From: Candidatus Pacearchaeota archaeon UBA73
GTDB taxonomy: Archaea > Nanobdellota > Nanobdellia > Pacearchaeales > GW2011-AR1
DNA length: 64,000 nt
Assembly (NCBI GenBank): GCA_002496015.1
Contig: DAIF01000004.1
Span: 26,196 to 90,195 of the forward strand
Direction of reading: 5' to 3'
Positions 62,474 to 64,000 of this stretch are shown here, piece after piece (position 1 is the stretch's first letter; every line of letters starts with the position of its first letter). A model generated the notes under the pieces. The model searched no databases. It saw only the letters and a program-made list of their open reading frames with translations, and was not told the origin of the DNA. The position numbers were made by a program, and so were the translations under genes.

Positions 62474-62743
62474 ATGAGATTAATCCCAATAGGCGAACGC
62501 ATAGTTTTGAGGCACGTCGCGAAAGAAGAGCGCACAAAATCAGGAATTTATCTGCCAAAATCAGACGACAAAAAAGAGGGCATCGTCGTGGAGATAGGCT
62601 CGTTAAAAGACGGCTCCCTCATCCCCTTGAAAAAAGGCGACAAAGTCATCTACGGGGGCTATTCCAGCGAGGAATACGAAGTCAACGGCGAAAAGCTTTT
62701 AATAGTCGAATTCAAAGACATTTTAGCGAAGATTGAGGGTTAA
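62474..62743 (+). CDS. groES: Co-chaperonin GroES
   Basis: LIPIGERIVLRHVAKEERTKSGIYLP...GDKVIYGGYSSEE. 89 aa. Confidence 0.9.
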   Translation: MRLIPIGERIVLRHVAKEERTKSGIYLPKSDDKKEGIVVEIGSLKDGSLIPLKKGDKVIYGGYSSEEYEVNGEKLLIVEFKDILAKIEG

Positions 62744-62744
62744 C

Positions 62745-63086
62745 ATGAGCGACAGCGAACAACACAAATACAGAGTTACAAGAAGAATAAATGGGGTTAG
62801 TATGGAAAGAATGGTAACCTTAGGACAAATGATTCTTGGAGATATTGTAACAATTCACGTTCCGCCAATAGGGGCAATCGAACTTACCGAACCACCAAAC
62901 GGTGAGCTAATTGGCAGAGCATTACCTAAAATACCAGATTCTAAATGTTATGGTGCTATCCAGAGAATTCCAATAGGAGACCTAGAACCGGACGAACGAG
63001 GGCGCATAGTTAATACACGTTGCTCTTTTTCAGAAGGAAGACCGCCCACATTTACAGATGGAGGTAACAATAAATATTGTTGTTAA
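62745..63086 (+). CDS. Hypothetical protein inserted between groES and groEL
   Basis: ATG 1 nt after the groES stop, with GAGGGT 4 nt upstream of it. 113 aa, ends ...NNKYCC. No recognisable motif. Confidence 0.45.
   Translation: MSDSEQHKYRVTRRINGVSMERMVTLGQMILGDIVTIHVPPIGAIELTEPPNGELIGRALPKIPDSKCYGAIQRIPIGDLEPDERGRIVNTRCSFSEGRPPTFTDGGNNKYCC

Positions 63087-64000
<914 letters not shown>

Overview
AT-rich chromosomal segment from an archaeon. The mix of archaeal core genes and many bacterial-type genes suggests a small-genome DPANN-like lineage (inference). The archaeal assignment rests on three things: the minus-strand block rpoH-rpoB-rpoA-nusA-rps12-rps7 followed by aEF-2, a KH-only NusA, and a tRNA-Glu with a long intron at the canonical 37/38 position. 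Bacterial-type genes sit alongside these: gyrA, a GreA-like factor, disA, nrdR with NrdR boxes, and groES/groEL. Other housekeeping content includes metG, thioredoxin, class II RNR, a P-type ATPase, PolX, chorismate mutase and a circularly permuted GTPase. Three regions look accessory. (1) About 4.3-12.7 kb looks like a decayed integrated island. It starts at tRNA-Asp with a truncated integrase and ends at a GC-rich patch of tRNA-Asp 3'-end-like repeats. It carries the most interesting feature in the window: a translationally coupled operon of a P-loop nucleotide kinase, two MoaA-like radical-SAM paralogues, a DUF2064/NUDIX fusion and a CYTH protein. I read this as a candidate uncharacterised modified-nucleotide (defence, signalling or cofactor) system. 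A CARF-like wHTH regulator and an SNase-like nuclease lie next to it. (2) 12.9-17.8 kb encodes a 1659-aa secreted repeat protein packed with N-glycosylation sequons. (3) About 22-34 kb is a glycan cluster with paralogous GT4s, a PIG-L deacetylase, GH130, GDE_C-like hydrolases, an MFS transporter and a cupin mannose-6-P isomerase. Other oddities are a single-ORF fusion of RpoA' and RpoA'', tandem 54-nt repeats that each restart with the 5' end of tRNA-Glu, and an extra ORF between groES and groEL. All family calls come from motif recognition by eye; no searches were run.
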